Part shown: positions 51,386 to 64,000 of the stretch, one piece after another
Layout of the letters: every line of letters begins with the position of its first letter
How positions within the stretch are numbered: the stretch's first letter is position 1
Assembly: GCF_018977255.1 (NCBI RefSeq)
Contig: NW_024704743.1
Span: 77,812,001 to 77,876,000 of the forward strand
Length of the DNA: 64,000 bases
From: Callorhinchus milii
Taxonomy: Eukaryota
Direction: 5' to 3'
Translations under genes and position numbers: made by a program
The notes under the pieces: model-generated
What the model was told of the DNA's origin: nothing
Database searches by the model: none
Seen by the model: only the letters and a program-made list of their open reading frames with translations

Positions 51386-54300
51386 ACTGTCATAGTATAA
51401 GATGCAGTCATCAGACAACTGCAAAGGTTTAATGATTCTTTAAGATTAAAAATTGTTTAAATTTGACGCATGGAATAAAAAGAGTTGTTTGTTTCACAAA
51501 TTCTAAAAGTTACTTTCTGTAGATTTGTAATTCAGAATATTAAAAAGGAGTCCATAAAGCATTGAAACATGTTTGGATTACCATGACTGGTTAAAATTAT
51601 ACATAAAAAAATTCTAACGTTTCATTTGCAAAGACTTGACTGTGGCTCAAATTTCTGTAAGCTAATACTGTACAAATTCTGCAAGATTTACAAGTGCTCT
51701 TATAAAATCCCATTTGAAGATCTGTCAGATTCCTATGGGTCTTATGGATTTAAATTCCTAAGGACATGCTACATGTATTAAAGCACTAACAAGCTACTTG
51801 GGTTATATTCAGAGCAACCTTTAAACCCCGAGGGGAGATCCTCTGAAGGACAGTAAACTTACCAGACCTTGGCCAAGAAAGCACCTTGTTTCTTTGCCGG
51901 CACATAAATTTACCATCATTCTGCATATCACCGCTCTGGAATCTGCAAAGTCAAAGAAGCGATCAGCTAACAATGAGGAGGCTAAAGTGCTAGACTCCTT
52001 AGGGAGAGTGGCACATGTAAACCCTTTTTCAATTGGAGTGTGATTGAACTCTCCCGTGGATGTCACATGAACTCTCCCCTGTTCACTGTCAATTGAAAGC
52101 TAACTGTGGCCGACTCCTGGGAAGATATCACATGCACCTGCATGCCCTCCTTGAAATCCCAGCCTCTTGCGATAAGTAGGGCAAGGGAGCGTTAACTTAC
52201 TGCTTATGGTTGAAAGCAATTAGAGAAACGCAATGAAATTCATGTGCAGAAACCAGGTGCTGTCTCAGGGTTGGAAGCTGGACAGGTTTAGCTAGTTTTT
52301 TTTAGGCTTGGTACTGCAGTGCAACATTTTGTTACCTGTGGTGTATTCAAAAGAGGGGTTTAACCAATCTGATTAAACACAGTGCTGTAGGATATACTCG
52401 TTATTTTCCCTTGCTCATAAGCCTCTCGATCATTTCATTAAATGCTTGGCACGATTTCTGTCGTGCATCAACCGAAGCTCTGTTTGACCTATTTCAGAAG
52501 CACACCTTGTAAAGTGAGATTTATTGCTATTGGTGTGAACTGAGTCCAAATACATCAGGTGCACAATTGCATAGGCCTATGACATTACAGTTCCAACACA
52601 CTAAAGCACCTTGGGACAACCTTCCGACGTGAAAGGCACTATACAAATGTAATTTTGTTAATTTTGTTGTTGGAGGAAATAACAGCAAATGCCAACAAAA
52701 TTAGCAAGCTCTTATTCCTCCTTCCTGCGACTTTCAGAAATATGAAGGTCTCTCTTAAAGGGCTACCATTGCCTACTGAGGGAAATTTTGAGTGAATTAA
52801 TTCTTGGAACAACCTGCCCAGAGATTTTACGTCCATTTTGATTCTGGTTAAACTCTGCACCCCAGTAGCATCTGCATTTTCCGCACTGCAATTTGAGTTT
52901 CACTATCCGATCTGGGAAAACCTTGCACTGTTTTGGGGAGAGATTTTGCACTCCTTTGACAGTCAATGGGCTACAATTCAGTCGAAAACTTTTTAAAAAA
53001 ACTACACAAAAGTCATTCATGTTGCGGCAAGGATTGAAAAGCAAATTCTTGTTTTTCAAAATGAAGATGGTGGCAATCCAGTCCTGAAAGGCCTGGTGAG
53101 GAAACACATTCTCTGGAAGTTGGAGGGATGTTCAGCCTGTACTAATCATTAAATACAGGATAAAAATGACTACAAATTCCATACCTTATGGATAATTATT
53201 CTCAGTGGAACTCTCAGGCTGGTTTCAATACTCTTCAGCATGATGGTAGGTTTCTACATGTGTCAGACACCCAGCTAATATCACATCACCATTCCTCCCA
53301 TGAAGGAGTTTGTATGCATCAGTTATTACCTTTACAAAGATATTTGCTTCCATTTATTGAGGTAAAATACAAATTACAATACAACTTTACATTTATTCAG
53401 CGCCTTTCACATCAGGAGGACGTCCCAAGGCACTTAAGGTAGTGTTTGCGTGAGCTTGTTTTCCAGGAAAGACATCTGGCAGCATTATCCTCAAGCAAGA
53501 CCAATATTGTTGTAACAAGGTTTCACATCGCAACCCAAAGGGGTTGAAGTGTGAACACAGCATTAATAACCACAAGCATTCACTAAGAAGATCCAAAACA
53601 CAAGAAATGAGTCCCTGAGCTCCAGGTCTGTGGTAACACGGCCCTTTATTTCCTTTGGAAATCATCACTGCCTTGCTGGCCTATCTGGAGTGAGTTATAA
53701 TAGAGTGTGAGGAGTCATCAGTAAATCTCTGAGGCTGACTCATTATCACATAAATTGGTCATTCGCTTCATAGCTGTCTGTGGGACATCCCTGCACACAA
53801 ATTGGCTGCCAGCCGCATTTGCCTGCAAAGCCATCAGACACTCGACAGCAATTACCAGTGAAATATTTTGAGGTGTTTCAACGTTATAGGTGAAATTCAA
53901 GTGCAAGGATTATTATAATTATTATTATTACTTGTGGTCTTACCATGGAGCAGCGCAGTACATGCGGGAATACGGGATTTCACATGTAAAAAAAAAGGAC
54001 ATGCATCAGGCCTGCAAATTTAAAGCATTTGCAAAATTAAAGTAAAAGGCATGCAACGTTAAAACTAATACAGCAATAACCTACGTAATGCTACCATTTG
54101 AAAGAATCATAACTATTGAGAACATTTGGAGATCCAAGGCCGGCCAACTTCCCTGCAGCAATTGGGCAATGCATGAAAACCTTGGAATGGCAGCTGGAGG
54201 CAGTTTCCTATACTATGAGAACAGTCCCTTGCCTTTTTCCCCTCACTATAGATTTGCTCGCTTGACACCTCACAGCCCTGCAACACAGCAGAGAGACAGA

Positions 54301-54659
54301 GAGAAAATCTGGTTCCTGCATCTCGAAAGGTATGAAACTGCCTGTAGCTGCCATTATAAAAGCATACTCCATGTCTGTTGCCAAAAAGCCTGCTTTTAAC
54401 TAACATAGTCCATAGTGACTGGCGTTTTTGTACAGCTAAAAAATAGGATACAAATGTATGGTTCTCTTGTGTCTCTTTGCCTTAATCCATTACCTTATCC
54501 CTCTTTGCCCATCTTCAGGACACATCTGAAGCCCTTCCTCTTTGACCTTGCTCACGATCACCTCCTCTCTCTCCCCAGTTAGGTATCAGGCCAGTCGATA
54601 AGTGTTCCATGACACTACACATGTGAGAGGTGCTATATAGATGTAAGCTTTTTCTATTA

Positions 54660-54770
54660 TTGTGGTTAGATAGTGGCCTGCTCCTCCCTTTGGTAGAGGG
54701 ATCTATTACAAGGGGACATAGTCTTAAAATCAAAAATAAGATGGTGAGAACCGAGGTGAAAGAGGGCTAT
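54660..54770 (+). mobile_element. CR1 ORF2 C-terminal fragment following an L2 tail (54510-54660)
   Basis: PLVEGSITRGHSLKIK motif. Confidence 0.65.
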
Positions 54771-55026
54771 GGAGTCCTCAGCTCCCGAAAGCTGTACAGG
54801 GCAAATCAAGAGATGTTTAAAACAATATAATTATCGACTGGTTTATAACCAAAACTAGTCCACAAAGCACCGTACGAGGCTTAATGCTCCTGTTAGAATG
54901 CTGACATCTGTTAGGAGCAGACTGATCCAGTTTGGAGTGGGAGGGCAAGGAGTGATTCTGTCAGAGCAACGTTTTTCTGTGCGCGCAGGATTCTGTGGTA
55001 TCTGGAAGGTCCGAATGTCTGCAGTC

Positions 55027-55538
55027 AACAACAGCAACAAGATTTCATTTATAGAGCGCCTTTCACGTCGGCAGGACGTCCCAAGGCGCTAGACAGCTGG
55101 GTCGGGACCCGAGCAGGGGGTAAATGGTCAGGGTGGGGGCAGAGAAGGGAGGGAGCGAGGGGGTAGAGAGTCGAGAGGGGAGGTGAAGGCACGGTTGAAG
55201 AGAAAGGTCTTGAGACTGGCCTTGAAGGAGGAAAGGGAGGAGGCGGCGAAGGCACTGGGGGATGGAGTTCCAGAGTCAAGGGGCTGAGAGGCTGAAGGCC
55301 CGACCACCGATGGTAGGGCGGTTGGGGCGGGGGACGTGGAGCAGACCGGAGCCAGAGGAACGGAAGGTACGGGCAGGTAGGTAGGGGGATAGTAGGTCGG
55401 AGAGGTAGGAGGGAGCAAGGCCGTGAATGGCCTTGTAGGTGAGGATGAGGATCTTGAAATCGATCCTCTGGGGGATGGGGAGCCAGTGGAGGCGAGCGAG
55501 GGTGGGAGTGATGTGGTTGTGAAGCCTGGTGCGGGACA
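55027..55538 (-). mobile_element. Young L2 3' end
   Basis: RLHWLPIPQRIDFKILILTYKAIHGLAP motif and intact tail; highly similar to 62418-62935. Confidence 0.95.
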
Positions 55539-56559
55539 ATACACCAGGTCTTTGTCTGTACTTCACAAGCGCAGTTCACATCGTAGATTCACAGTATTCG
55601 CCTGAAGACTTCAACTGGTTAAAAGACACAAAGTGTGTCCGACTGGGTTGTCAGGTTATGCTATCCACTGAACAAAAAAATTCCTGTAATCGACTGCAAA
55701 GGACTTATTTGTGGAGCGGCAGTACTGATGTCATGAACAAGCCTAATACTCCATATGAACATCACATTGTGCTAGTCTCAGCTGCCAGCTTACCTCACAC
55801 ACAGATGTAGTTTTCATTTTAGGCGGCATTTAGTTTTTGACATTATACAGTAATGTTTAAAGCTGCACAGGAACATTTTTTGTCCATTGCATTTTAATAG
55901 CTCTGATATAATCTAAAATAAAACAGACAAAACTCCTAGCAGCAACTGTAAGAAATATGAAGTTAGTTACCTTTTGGCGGGGTGCGGAGAAAAAGATTTT
56001 TTAAATAAAGCAGACAACATACAGTGGAACCCATGGTCAAAACAATTCCCCAAGACCAGCTGATCATCATGAGAGCTTTGTGAAGTCATTTCAATTCTCT
56101 GCTTGGTCACAGGTCTTAGGCTTCGCTTCCCCTGTCGTTTTTATGTGCACATCACTCCAATTCAAGTCAATCTGGAGAGCAGTGCTTCAGTTCAGGATCA
56201 GTAAAGTAAAGATCACAGCCAGTCAAGAGGGTCTGCTTTATTTTCAGGCAGATTCCAAAGGCCTTTCTTAGGACTTCTTCCAGCAATTGCTTCTAATTCT
56301 ATTAACATGTCAAAGACTTTGAGTGTTTGGGGCACCGCCCAGCATATGCCTGCTCAGTAAAGTGCTTCTAACGTAGCAGACAGCAGAAAACAATAATGTC
56401 TTCAATAATGTCATCCTGTGACTGTAGTCACTGAAGGGTCAGAACCCTTTGGCCAATATTATTGGGATCTGATTTGCAAGATTCTCACAAGGATGTGTAA
56501 TAACAATAATAATCTTTGCATTTGGTATTGCGCATTTCATGTTTAGGAGGGTGTCCTCG

Positions 56560-57115
56560 TGCATGCGTTTGTCACCTCTCACTTGGATTACTCCAACCCA
56601 CACCTCGCTGGTCTCCACAGCTCCACCATTTACAAGATCCAGCTCATTCAAAATTCTGCTGCCCACATACTGACACGGACCAAACTCCGTACCCACATCT
56701 CACCAGTTCTGACCAGGCTCCACTGGCTCCCCATCACCGAACGGATCGACTTCAAGATCCCCACACTCGTGTTCAAATCCATTCATTCTCTGGCACTTCC
56801 CTACCTCTCCATTTTCCTCACTTCTCAATTCACTATCCGGTGCCTCCACTTGACTGGCACCGGCCTCCTGCTTCTCCCTTGCACCCTCCGCCCCACAATC
56901 AGAGGCTGTGCTTTCAGCCACTACGCCCCTAAACTCTGGAACATTCTCCCTCAATCTCTCTGCCTTGCCCCCCCTTCTCCCCTTTTTCAAGTCCCACCTG
57001 AAAACTTTCCTCTTCGACTGTGTTTACAGCTACCTCCGCCTTCCCCCTGCTCGGAGTCAGACTCCGCCACTGTTAAGCGCTCTGAGACGCTGCCCTGCAT
57101 GGAGGACACAAATAT
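56560..57115 (+). mobile_element. L2 3' portion
   Basis: HAFVTSHLDYSN, RLHWLPITERIDFKI and GCAFSHYAPKLWN motifs, plus tail. Confidence 0.92.
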
Positions 57116-58519
57116 GCCAATGACAAATCTACTCAGTTATAAATATTGTAAGAGCAAAGTCAAAATGGCTCCATGTTAAACGTTTATATCTAATTAATTC
57201 CTCTCCCGTAGTGCTTGATGTTGCAAGATACTCGCCTACAAAATCGCCCATCAGTTCACTTTATAGTATATTCTGTAAAGCGATTTGAGATACTTCGAAG
57301 ACGTGATAAGGCGCTATATCAAATGCAAGGATTATTATTGTTATATTCCATTGCTGCATGTATAGAAATTGAGAAGTAGAACTAAAATATATGAAGGATT
57401 TAAGACTATCAGGTTTTGTTCAACACTGAAAAAATTCAGACAAACTCAATCTCATTAGAAATCAAAGCATCTACATGATGCCAATGAAACATCTGTAAAT
57501 CTCTGTAATGGTAGTCAGAAACCACCCTACCTACTTACGCACCCACCCACCTCCTATCAGCAATTCCTATCAATTGAGTTAGAGAAAAAAATGCTCAACT
57601 CCTCCCCCCCACCCCCAAACCTCTCACACACACACATAGTTTTCATTTAGTTTTTGTTCTTACTCTTTGCTTTCATGTTCCCATTCTGCCATCTACTGGG
57701 AGCTGCTACACGTTTGATGCAGTTTATTCCCATCTATCTGTTTGTTCATTCTGTTCAGACAGTTCCACTTTGACAGCTCAGAACCTTATTGGCGATGAAA
57801 AATATCAGTTAAATGCACCCACCATTCCAACTACAGTATTTAGATACATTCCATCTTTTAGGTCTGTTTTTCAGGTTGACCTTAAATATCCCATAAGTTT
57901 ATTCGAAAAGAGAAGGGTATTTCTTCTGATATCTTTATCCACAATTGGTCATTCATCTGATTCCTGTCTTTGAAACTTTGCTTCCACTACCATAGCTGAA
58001 ATGTTTGCTTGCAAAAGACAGTTACTACACTTAATTACAGTACAGTACACTATATTTGACATTAATTCACTGTGAAGTATTACATTGTCAACAATGTTGT
58101 CCTGCAGATGAGACATTAAACTGAAGTTCCATCTGGCTGTTCACGTAGACATTCGTGGTTTTGTGTGGCACTTTGTTGTGCACAAATTTCTGGCTCTTTC
58201 ACCTCCAAATACACAGTTAGCATACTTAACAACAATTACAAATACACTATACTTTACTACAATTACCTGTGAAGTGCACCAGAATACCCACCTCACTGTC
58301 CATCCAGTACAGATCGAAGCATCAAGCACATTAGATAGTGTTTGGTGTTCTCCGTATCTATGCTAAGACCAGATTTTGTGTGATAGTTTATTAACTTGCT
58401 GAAGTGCTTTTCTGACTGTAATGCAGCTCAGTCAATGTTTATTAGTTGGCTCAGTGAACAAAGTATCTCACCTGAAATTCTTTTCTAAGAACAGTAATGC
58501 TGTAGATTCCCATTGCATC

Positions 58520-58720
58520 ATGATAACAACAAGAAATTGCATTTATATAGCACCTTTCCTATCAAAAAGACTTCCCAAAGCACTGGCATTTGAAAGTTTA
58601 CACCCGAGCTGGGGGTTGGACTCGAGAGGCATAGGGGCCAAGGAAGGTGGGGAAGATGACCAAAGGCACAGTCAAAGAGGAAGGTCTTGAGATGAACCTT
58701 GAAGGAAGAGAGGGAAAGGG
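58520..58720 (-). mobile_element. L2 3' tail fragment
   Basis: SLSSFKVHLKTFLFD motif and tail. Confidence 0.75.
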
Positions 58721-59309
58721 CAAACAATTGAATTGATTGAATTGGTGAGTGAAACATTCTACTGTGCAACAATACAAGAACAACAAAATTGCATTTGTAT
58801 AGTGCCTTTCACATCAGGAGGACGTTCCCAGGATAATACCCAGGAATGGAGGGAACCCGGCAAGAAGTCATCTCCCTTGAGTTGAGCAAATATGAAAAAT
58901 AAACTGCAAAATATGTTACAATTATTTCAGAGATAACCTATCTTTTCAATAATATTATATATTATGGTAACTAAGCATATTGATTCTACCAGGGATTTGA
59001 GATGATCAGAAGTCACGTTTTAATATGAAGAATGCAGAGAATTTAAAATGTCAAAAAGGTACTTCACAATGGATAGAGTTTTTTTTCTCAGGAATGCATC
59101 TTGATGGCTTCCATGCCTTCTGATCCAGTCTAGAGAATTAATGGAAGTTTTGAATATTCTAAGTAAATTTAGAATATTAAGATTTTAAAGGGGCTAGGCA
59201 ATATAGATCTTGACAAGCTGATTCAACTTGTCCAGAATAGTAGAACCGCAGGTCACAGGTAATTGCACCTGTCACTCTCTGCCCTGTTACAGGTAGGTTG
59301 CTTGCACAT

Positions 59310-59595
59310 TAATAATAATAATCCTTGCGTTTGATATAGCGCTTTATAACATCTTCGAGAAATCTCAAAGAGCTTCACAGAATACAACAACAAAATTACA
59401 TTTATATAGCGCCTTTCACATCGGGAGGACGTCCCAAGGCGCTGGACAGACAAAGTTTCAGACCCGAGCTGAGGGTCGGGGTGGGAGAGGAGTGAGGGTA
59501 GGAGGGGAAGCAGGGAGATCGAAAGTGAATTGACATTGTATTATACGAACGAAATGCGGCAGCCAATTGCGCACAGCAGTGTCCCACAAACAGTT
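59310..59595 (-). mobile_element. SINE2-1_CM-like 3' half interrupted by an L2 3' UTR/tail (about 59385-59525)
   Basis: SINE tail and core flank an L2 tail homologous to 14265-14380. Confidence 0.8.
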
Positions 59596-60051
59596 GAATG
59601 ACTACAATTTTTTAAAGTAATTATTATTGCCATTGGATAGTGGTGCCATATTGCCACTAAGTTCAGTTTTTTATACAAATAGATTTCTGGGAGATACTGA
59701 AATTGACATACTATTCTAATAATATACAGCTTCCCCTTATGATTGTCCCATGGAATTTACTCCTGAAACCTGAGAATTTCCTGAGATCCTCCAGGACGTA
59801 TAAGCAGGATATTCTATATTCTGGGGAAGTCAAAGAGGAAAAGGTCAAAACACAATTGTGTGACAAGTTCCTCTGTCCAGGTCTGTTGTACTAAAGGATA
59901 AGGAGGAAACATGGCACAAATGTAAAAAACATTATTTAACCACGACCATCTTGAATCACAAGATGAGGTATGAGAAATACACAACAGCAGGGATCAAAGG
60001 TCGGAAGTGTAACTCAACCCAAATGTGTCTGTCACACACAATGGGTTCCAC

Positions 60052-60159
60052 CTTACCCTGATTGCTAAAAATAATGGATTTTTTTCCATGTGTTTATAAT
60101 GGAGTTTTCCATTACAAAGACAGAGCGAAAAGAACACTACTTTTAGCAATCAGCGTAAG
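60052..60159. repeat. Palindromic MITE-like element
   Basis: Arms 60052-60070 and 60141-60159 match at 18/19 positions, and symmetry continues ungapped to a 4-nt centre at 60104-60107. Confidence 0.8.
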
Positions 60160-60172
60160 ACAGCACCCTGTG

Positions 60173-60381
60173 GGGTCTAATTTGTGAGTCCAGCCTTAAA
60201 CGATCTATAAGTAGGGAAACCTGGCTGTGTCACAGCCAAACTTCTGGAACTCTGCTTGGACATCAACTTCATAAACAGCGAAGCTGAGACTTGTGTTTGA
60301 GTGGAATTCGAGAAGGTTGGCTACAACACATCCAGGATTTACTATTTACAAATCCCTTTGCAAATCTTGCAAATTAGGCCC
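60173..60381. repeat. Palindromic MITE-like element, about 209 bp
   Basis: Termini 'gggtctaatttgtgag' and 'cttgcaaattaggccc'; inner arms 'cctggctgtgtcacagccaaacttctggaactc' and 'gaattcgagaaggttggctacaacacatccagg' share the same centre near 60277. Confidence 0.75.
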
Positions 60382-60429
60382 AAATGTCTAAAAAAAAACA
60401 ACAATGTACACATAAAGCAGCCAGGACCA

Positions 60430-61075
60430 ACAGTGATCAAATATTTCAATACTTTCACTGCAATTCTTGACTCCTGAAATTCTCCTTCAGGCTCAAACCA
60501 TGTATCAGTGTCAGAGATTTATATCTTTTGGCTTTGCCAGCTTTTATACGGAAGTATCAGAATTGAGTATACATCCTTCAATTCTAGACTTTTATACACT
60601 GGGGTGTTGCAGTATATCAGACACATCTATTTTATATGCTACTCTTTCAAGTGTCATGTTCCATTTTGGATACTATGTTAGTCAGAACGGCGGCAAAGTC
60701 CAAAATAATTCCCAATTTTCGGTTGTCAAGTCTACCTCAGTCTCGAACTCCAAGAAGCAGTCTTTGATTTTGCTTGTAGTGCAGGGGAAGGAGATCAGGA
60801 TTTGTTTCTGGTTATCAAAGGGGTGGACGTATTTGCTGTATGAGAGCTTTTGGCCAGGCTTGGTCCTGGAACAGCCAGCAGAATGCTTTCATTACAAAGG
60901 CACCGTCATGATCCTGGCTGGAGAAATGTGTATCTTTCGGCATCTGCTGATCCGCAATTGCTTTACCTGGCAAACCTTTCTCCAATACTTTTTTCTTCAC
61001 TTGATTCTCTTCATCACAATTTTTGTAAACAAACTGCACATGTGTGCGAGGTAAAGTTCTGTCATCTGCTTCAAG
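60430..61075 (-). mobile_element. Highly decayed non-LTR RT domain relic (RTE-like)
   Basis: Across frames: LYLAHMCSLFTKIVMKRI (cf. ISLLSHxxKIFxKIxxxRI) and KAFCWLFQDQAWPKAL (cf. KAFDSVxHxxLWxxL), followed by weaker downstream motifs in RT order. Confidence 0.45.
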
Positions 61076-62214
61076 TCAATATGCGTGCATGTTTACAGTA
61101 AGAACTGAATCTCTCGACTCCCTGCAATATGACACACATAGATCCTATAACCACAGCACTCTGTAGGAAAGGAAAGGTGGGTCCCAGGTATATTGATTGC
61201 ATTTCACTTTGTTCCAGATCTGATATTAACATGCAAATATTTTGTTACTGCAGGAGCCCCTTGGTGTATGCCTCAGAAGACAATGAATACATTGACTGCA
61301 CTGGCTATTATAATTATGATCTACTCCCTTAATTCAAATGAATTACTGTTGCTTCCTTGGATGTAATCCGTAGGCATTTATAGGATAAAAATCATTGAGT
61401 CTTTTAAAAATAGGCACTTAATGGTGAGCTTGTATGCCATTTAAGGCCATATTTGGCTCCATGATGCACGGAACAACCAACAAGCCTATCTCCATATCAT
61501 CTGCTAGTATTCTGCACCAATGGCTGTGCTATTGCAGCCTAACCAAAGACATTAACCTATTAGCTCAGAATATTGGCAATCATGAATCCTTTTGGGCTTT
61601 GTAATATAATAGTGTGCCCTTTAAATGCATATAATAGTTTATTGAAAACAGCTTGTGCAGATGATTTAACTTTTGCACGGTGAGGCCAAAACTCTAGGGC
61701 TTAAACTGCCTTTGAGGGATTCTTCTTTCCTATTCCCATTGGCTTTGATTGGACCTGATCTGCATAATTGTTGTTACAGAATGCACGGGTTTGACTGCTC
61801 TTGTTGTTCGTTCTTTAACCCCCATCCACCTCCTCTGCCCCTCCCATAACTGCCTGATTATTTTGACACAGAGCATCCTATTAAAGTATAAAGTTCTAGG
61901 AATTTTGTAAAACTACACTTGGAGTTATCTTACACTTAACTAATGTTTAAAAAAATAAAAAAGAACTTGTCAAAATGTTGTCCAGACACAGAAAGAAACG
62001 ACATCTCTGCAGAGCAGTGTAACAGACAAAATGTGCCTCTGTGATGCTTCCATTTTTTGGGAGGGAGATTTTGCCCCATTCTGAATTTTAAAGGTAAAAT
62101 TCCCCTTTTACCAGTATAGGATCATAGACATTATATTATAGTAGGACGTCATTTAGTATATCAATCCTAAACTGGTACTAGACTATCTAGTCCCACATCT
62201 GCGTTTGTACTCAC

Positions 62215-62400
62215 AGTCTAGACTGGCACTTCAATGCAACACTGAGGAATGGTTGCATTGTTAGAGATGCTGTCCTTCAGATGAGACGTTAAACCAAGGT
62301 CCTGTAAGACCTGTTCAGTTGGACATTAAAGTTTTCATGGCACTATTCAAAAAAAAGCCAGTTTCTCCTGGTGTCCTGGCTAACAACCCCCCAAATAAAA
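62215..62400 (+). mobile_element. SacSINE1-like SINE body fragment
   Basis: 'cttcagatgagacgttaaaccaaggtcc...catggcactattc'. Confidence 0.7.
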
Positions 62401-62417
62401 TTACTCACGTAGTTCAG

Positions 62418-63170
62418 CAACAACAATAATAACAAGATTGTATTTATAGAGCGCTTTTCACGTCGGGAGGACGCCCCAAGGCGCTGGACAGTTGGGTCGG
62501 GACCCGAGCAGGGAGGAACTGGTCAGGGTGAGGGGAGGGAAGGGAGGGAGTTAGGAGGGGTTAGAGAGTCGAGAGGGGAGGTGAAGGCACGGTTGAAGAG
62601 AAAGGTCTTGAGACCGGCCTTGAAGGAGGAAAGGGAGGAGGCGGCGAAGGCACTGGGGGATGGAGTTCCAGAGCCTAGGGGCTGAGAGGCTGAAGGCCCG
62701 GCCACCGATGGTAGGGCGGTTAGGGCGGGGGATGTGGAGCAAACCGGACCCAGAGGAACGGAGGGTATGGGCAGGTAGGTAGGGGGATAGTAGGTCGGAG
62801 AGGTAGGAGGGAGCAAGGCCGTGAATGGCCTTGTAGGTGAGGATGAGGATCTTGAATTCGATCCTCTGGGGGATGGGGAGCCAGTGGAGGTGAGCAAGGG
62901 TAGGAGTGACGTGGTCGCGAAGCCTGGTGCGGGACAGTTCATGAGCTGCAGAGTTCTGAATGACCTGCAGCTTGTGGAGGGAGGTGCCGGGAAGGCCGAC
63001 GAGGAGAGAGTCCCCGTAGTCGAGCCTTGAGGTGATAAAGGCGTGGACCTTTCAGCAGCGGTGCCAGTTGTGGAGCGGATGTGGGGAAGAAAGGACAGCT
63101 CAGGGTCGAACAGAACACCAAGGTTCCTGACTGGCTTTGAGAGGTGAAGAGTGCAGCCTTAGATGCTGAT
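62418..63170 (-). mobile_element. Young L2 3' portion with a small internal deletion near 63045
   Basis: RPNRPTIGGRAFSLSAPRLWNSIP motif and intact tail. Confidence 0.93.
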
Positions 63171-63334
63171 GCTGAAACAGGGATTCTGTGCTGTATAACT
63201 TGTTGTTGACAAGTGGCTGGAATATGAGAAGCAAAGGTTACTTCAATTGCACTATACAGTACTGACATATGGTGTAAAGATAGGTACCAATGGTAAACAA
63301 TAATTGAACTCAAGATATTAAGGCATCATAACTA

Positions 63335-63685
63335 TACCATAGAGCTGCATAGAATGGCTTGGAAACAAGTCATTTGGCCCAACTAATCAGTGCCAATGGT
63401 TGTACTTCACATAAGCCCCACCAACTTTTTCCTTCACATTCATGTATGCACCAAGTTTCCTCTGAAATAGATTGATGCTGTTTGCTTCAACCATAGCTTC
63501 AGACAATGATTTCCACATTCTCACCACACATAATGAAATTCCTCCTAAACTCCCCATTACATCTAACCTGAGCTACCTTATACTTTGCCCTCTAGTTATG
63601 GATGAACCAACAAGTAGAAACAGACTGTCAACATCCACCTTATCAAATCCTTTCATAATGTTAAACACCTCTGTCAGGTCCCAGC
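63335..63685 (-). mobile_element. CR1 LINE 3' end
   Basis: DLTEVFNIMKGFDKVDVDSLFLLVGSSITRG motif and CR1 tail. Confidence 0.85.
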
Positions 63686-64000
63686 TATTTTTATCATTGT
63701 TATTTTTTGAATCCCACTGGTGCCTCTCAATCATTTCAATACACCTCAATAATTTGGGCTTGGTTTCCAAAACAGTACAAGATGTCAAAGTGGTTTCTGT
63801 CTTTCAAATGAGTCCCAAATCAGCCTTAATCCTCAGTCCCCTTTTGGATGTTAGGAAAGTGAGGTTTACATGGAGGGAAGTTTGGGAAAGAAAAGGAAGG
63901 ACTTAATCACATTACTCTCAGCCTCTTTGCAACATTTGAAAGGCAGAACTTTGACAAGTCTATTATAATAGCTGAAAGCTTAAAAGTTAACATTCCCACC

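Overview
This is AT-rich, CpG-depleted vertebrate genomic DNA, most likely from a cartilaginous fish. The dominant tRNA-derived SINE with (TTA)n tails and its L2-clade LINE partner match what I recall of Callorhinchus milii SINE2-1_CM/L2; I could not check this against a database. I recognise no host protein-coding exon, rRNA, true tRNA or CRISPR array, so the window reads as a long intron or gene desert. The longer ORFs in the track are mostly fragments or antisense shadows of retrotransposon ORF2. The window holds many 5'-truncated L2 copies, young SINE2-1_CM-like and older SacSINE1-like (Deu-domain) SINEs, CR1 3' ends, very decayed RTE-like and I-group (Ingi/Vingi-like) LINE relics, palindromic MITE-like elements, a 20-bp minisatellite and several enhancer-like unique blocks. 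I found no convincing new gene system. The most notable signals are mechanistic or structural: a SINE with a twin-priming-type 5' inversion, two template-switch hairpins inside SINEs (one a perfect 31-bp stem), a covarying two-tier stem-loop shared by L2 and SINE tails, a longer SINE variant, and a CpG-rich patch with duplicated CTCF-like motifs.
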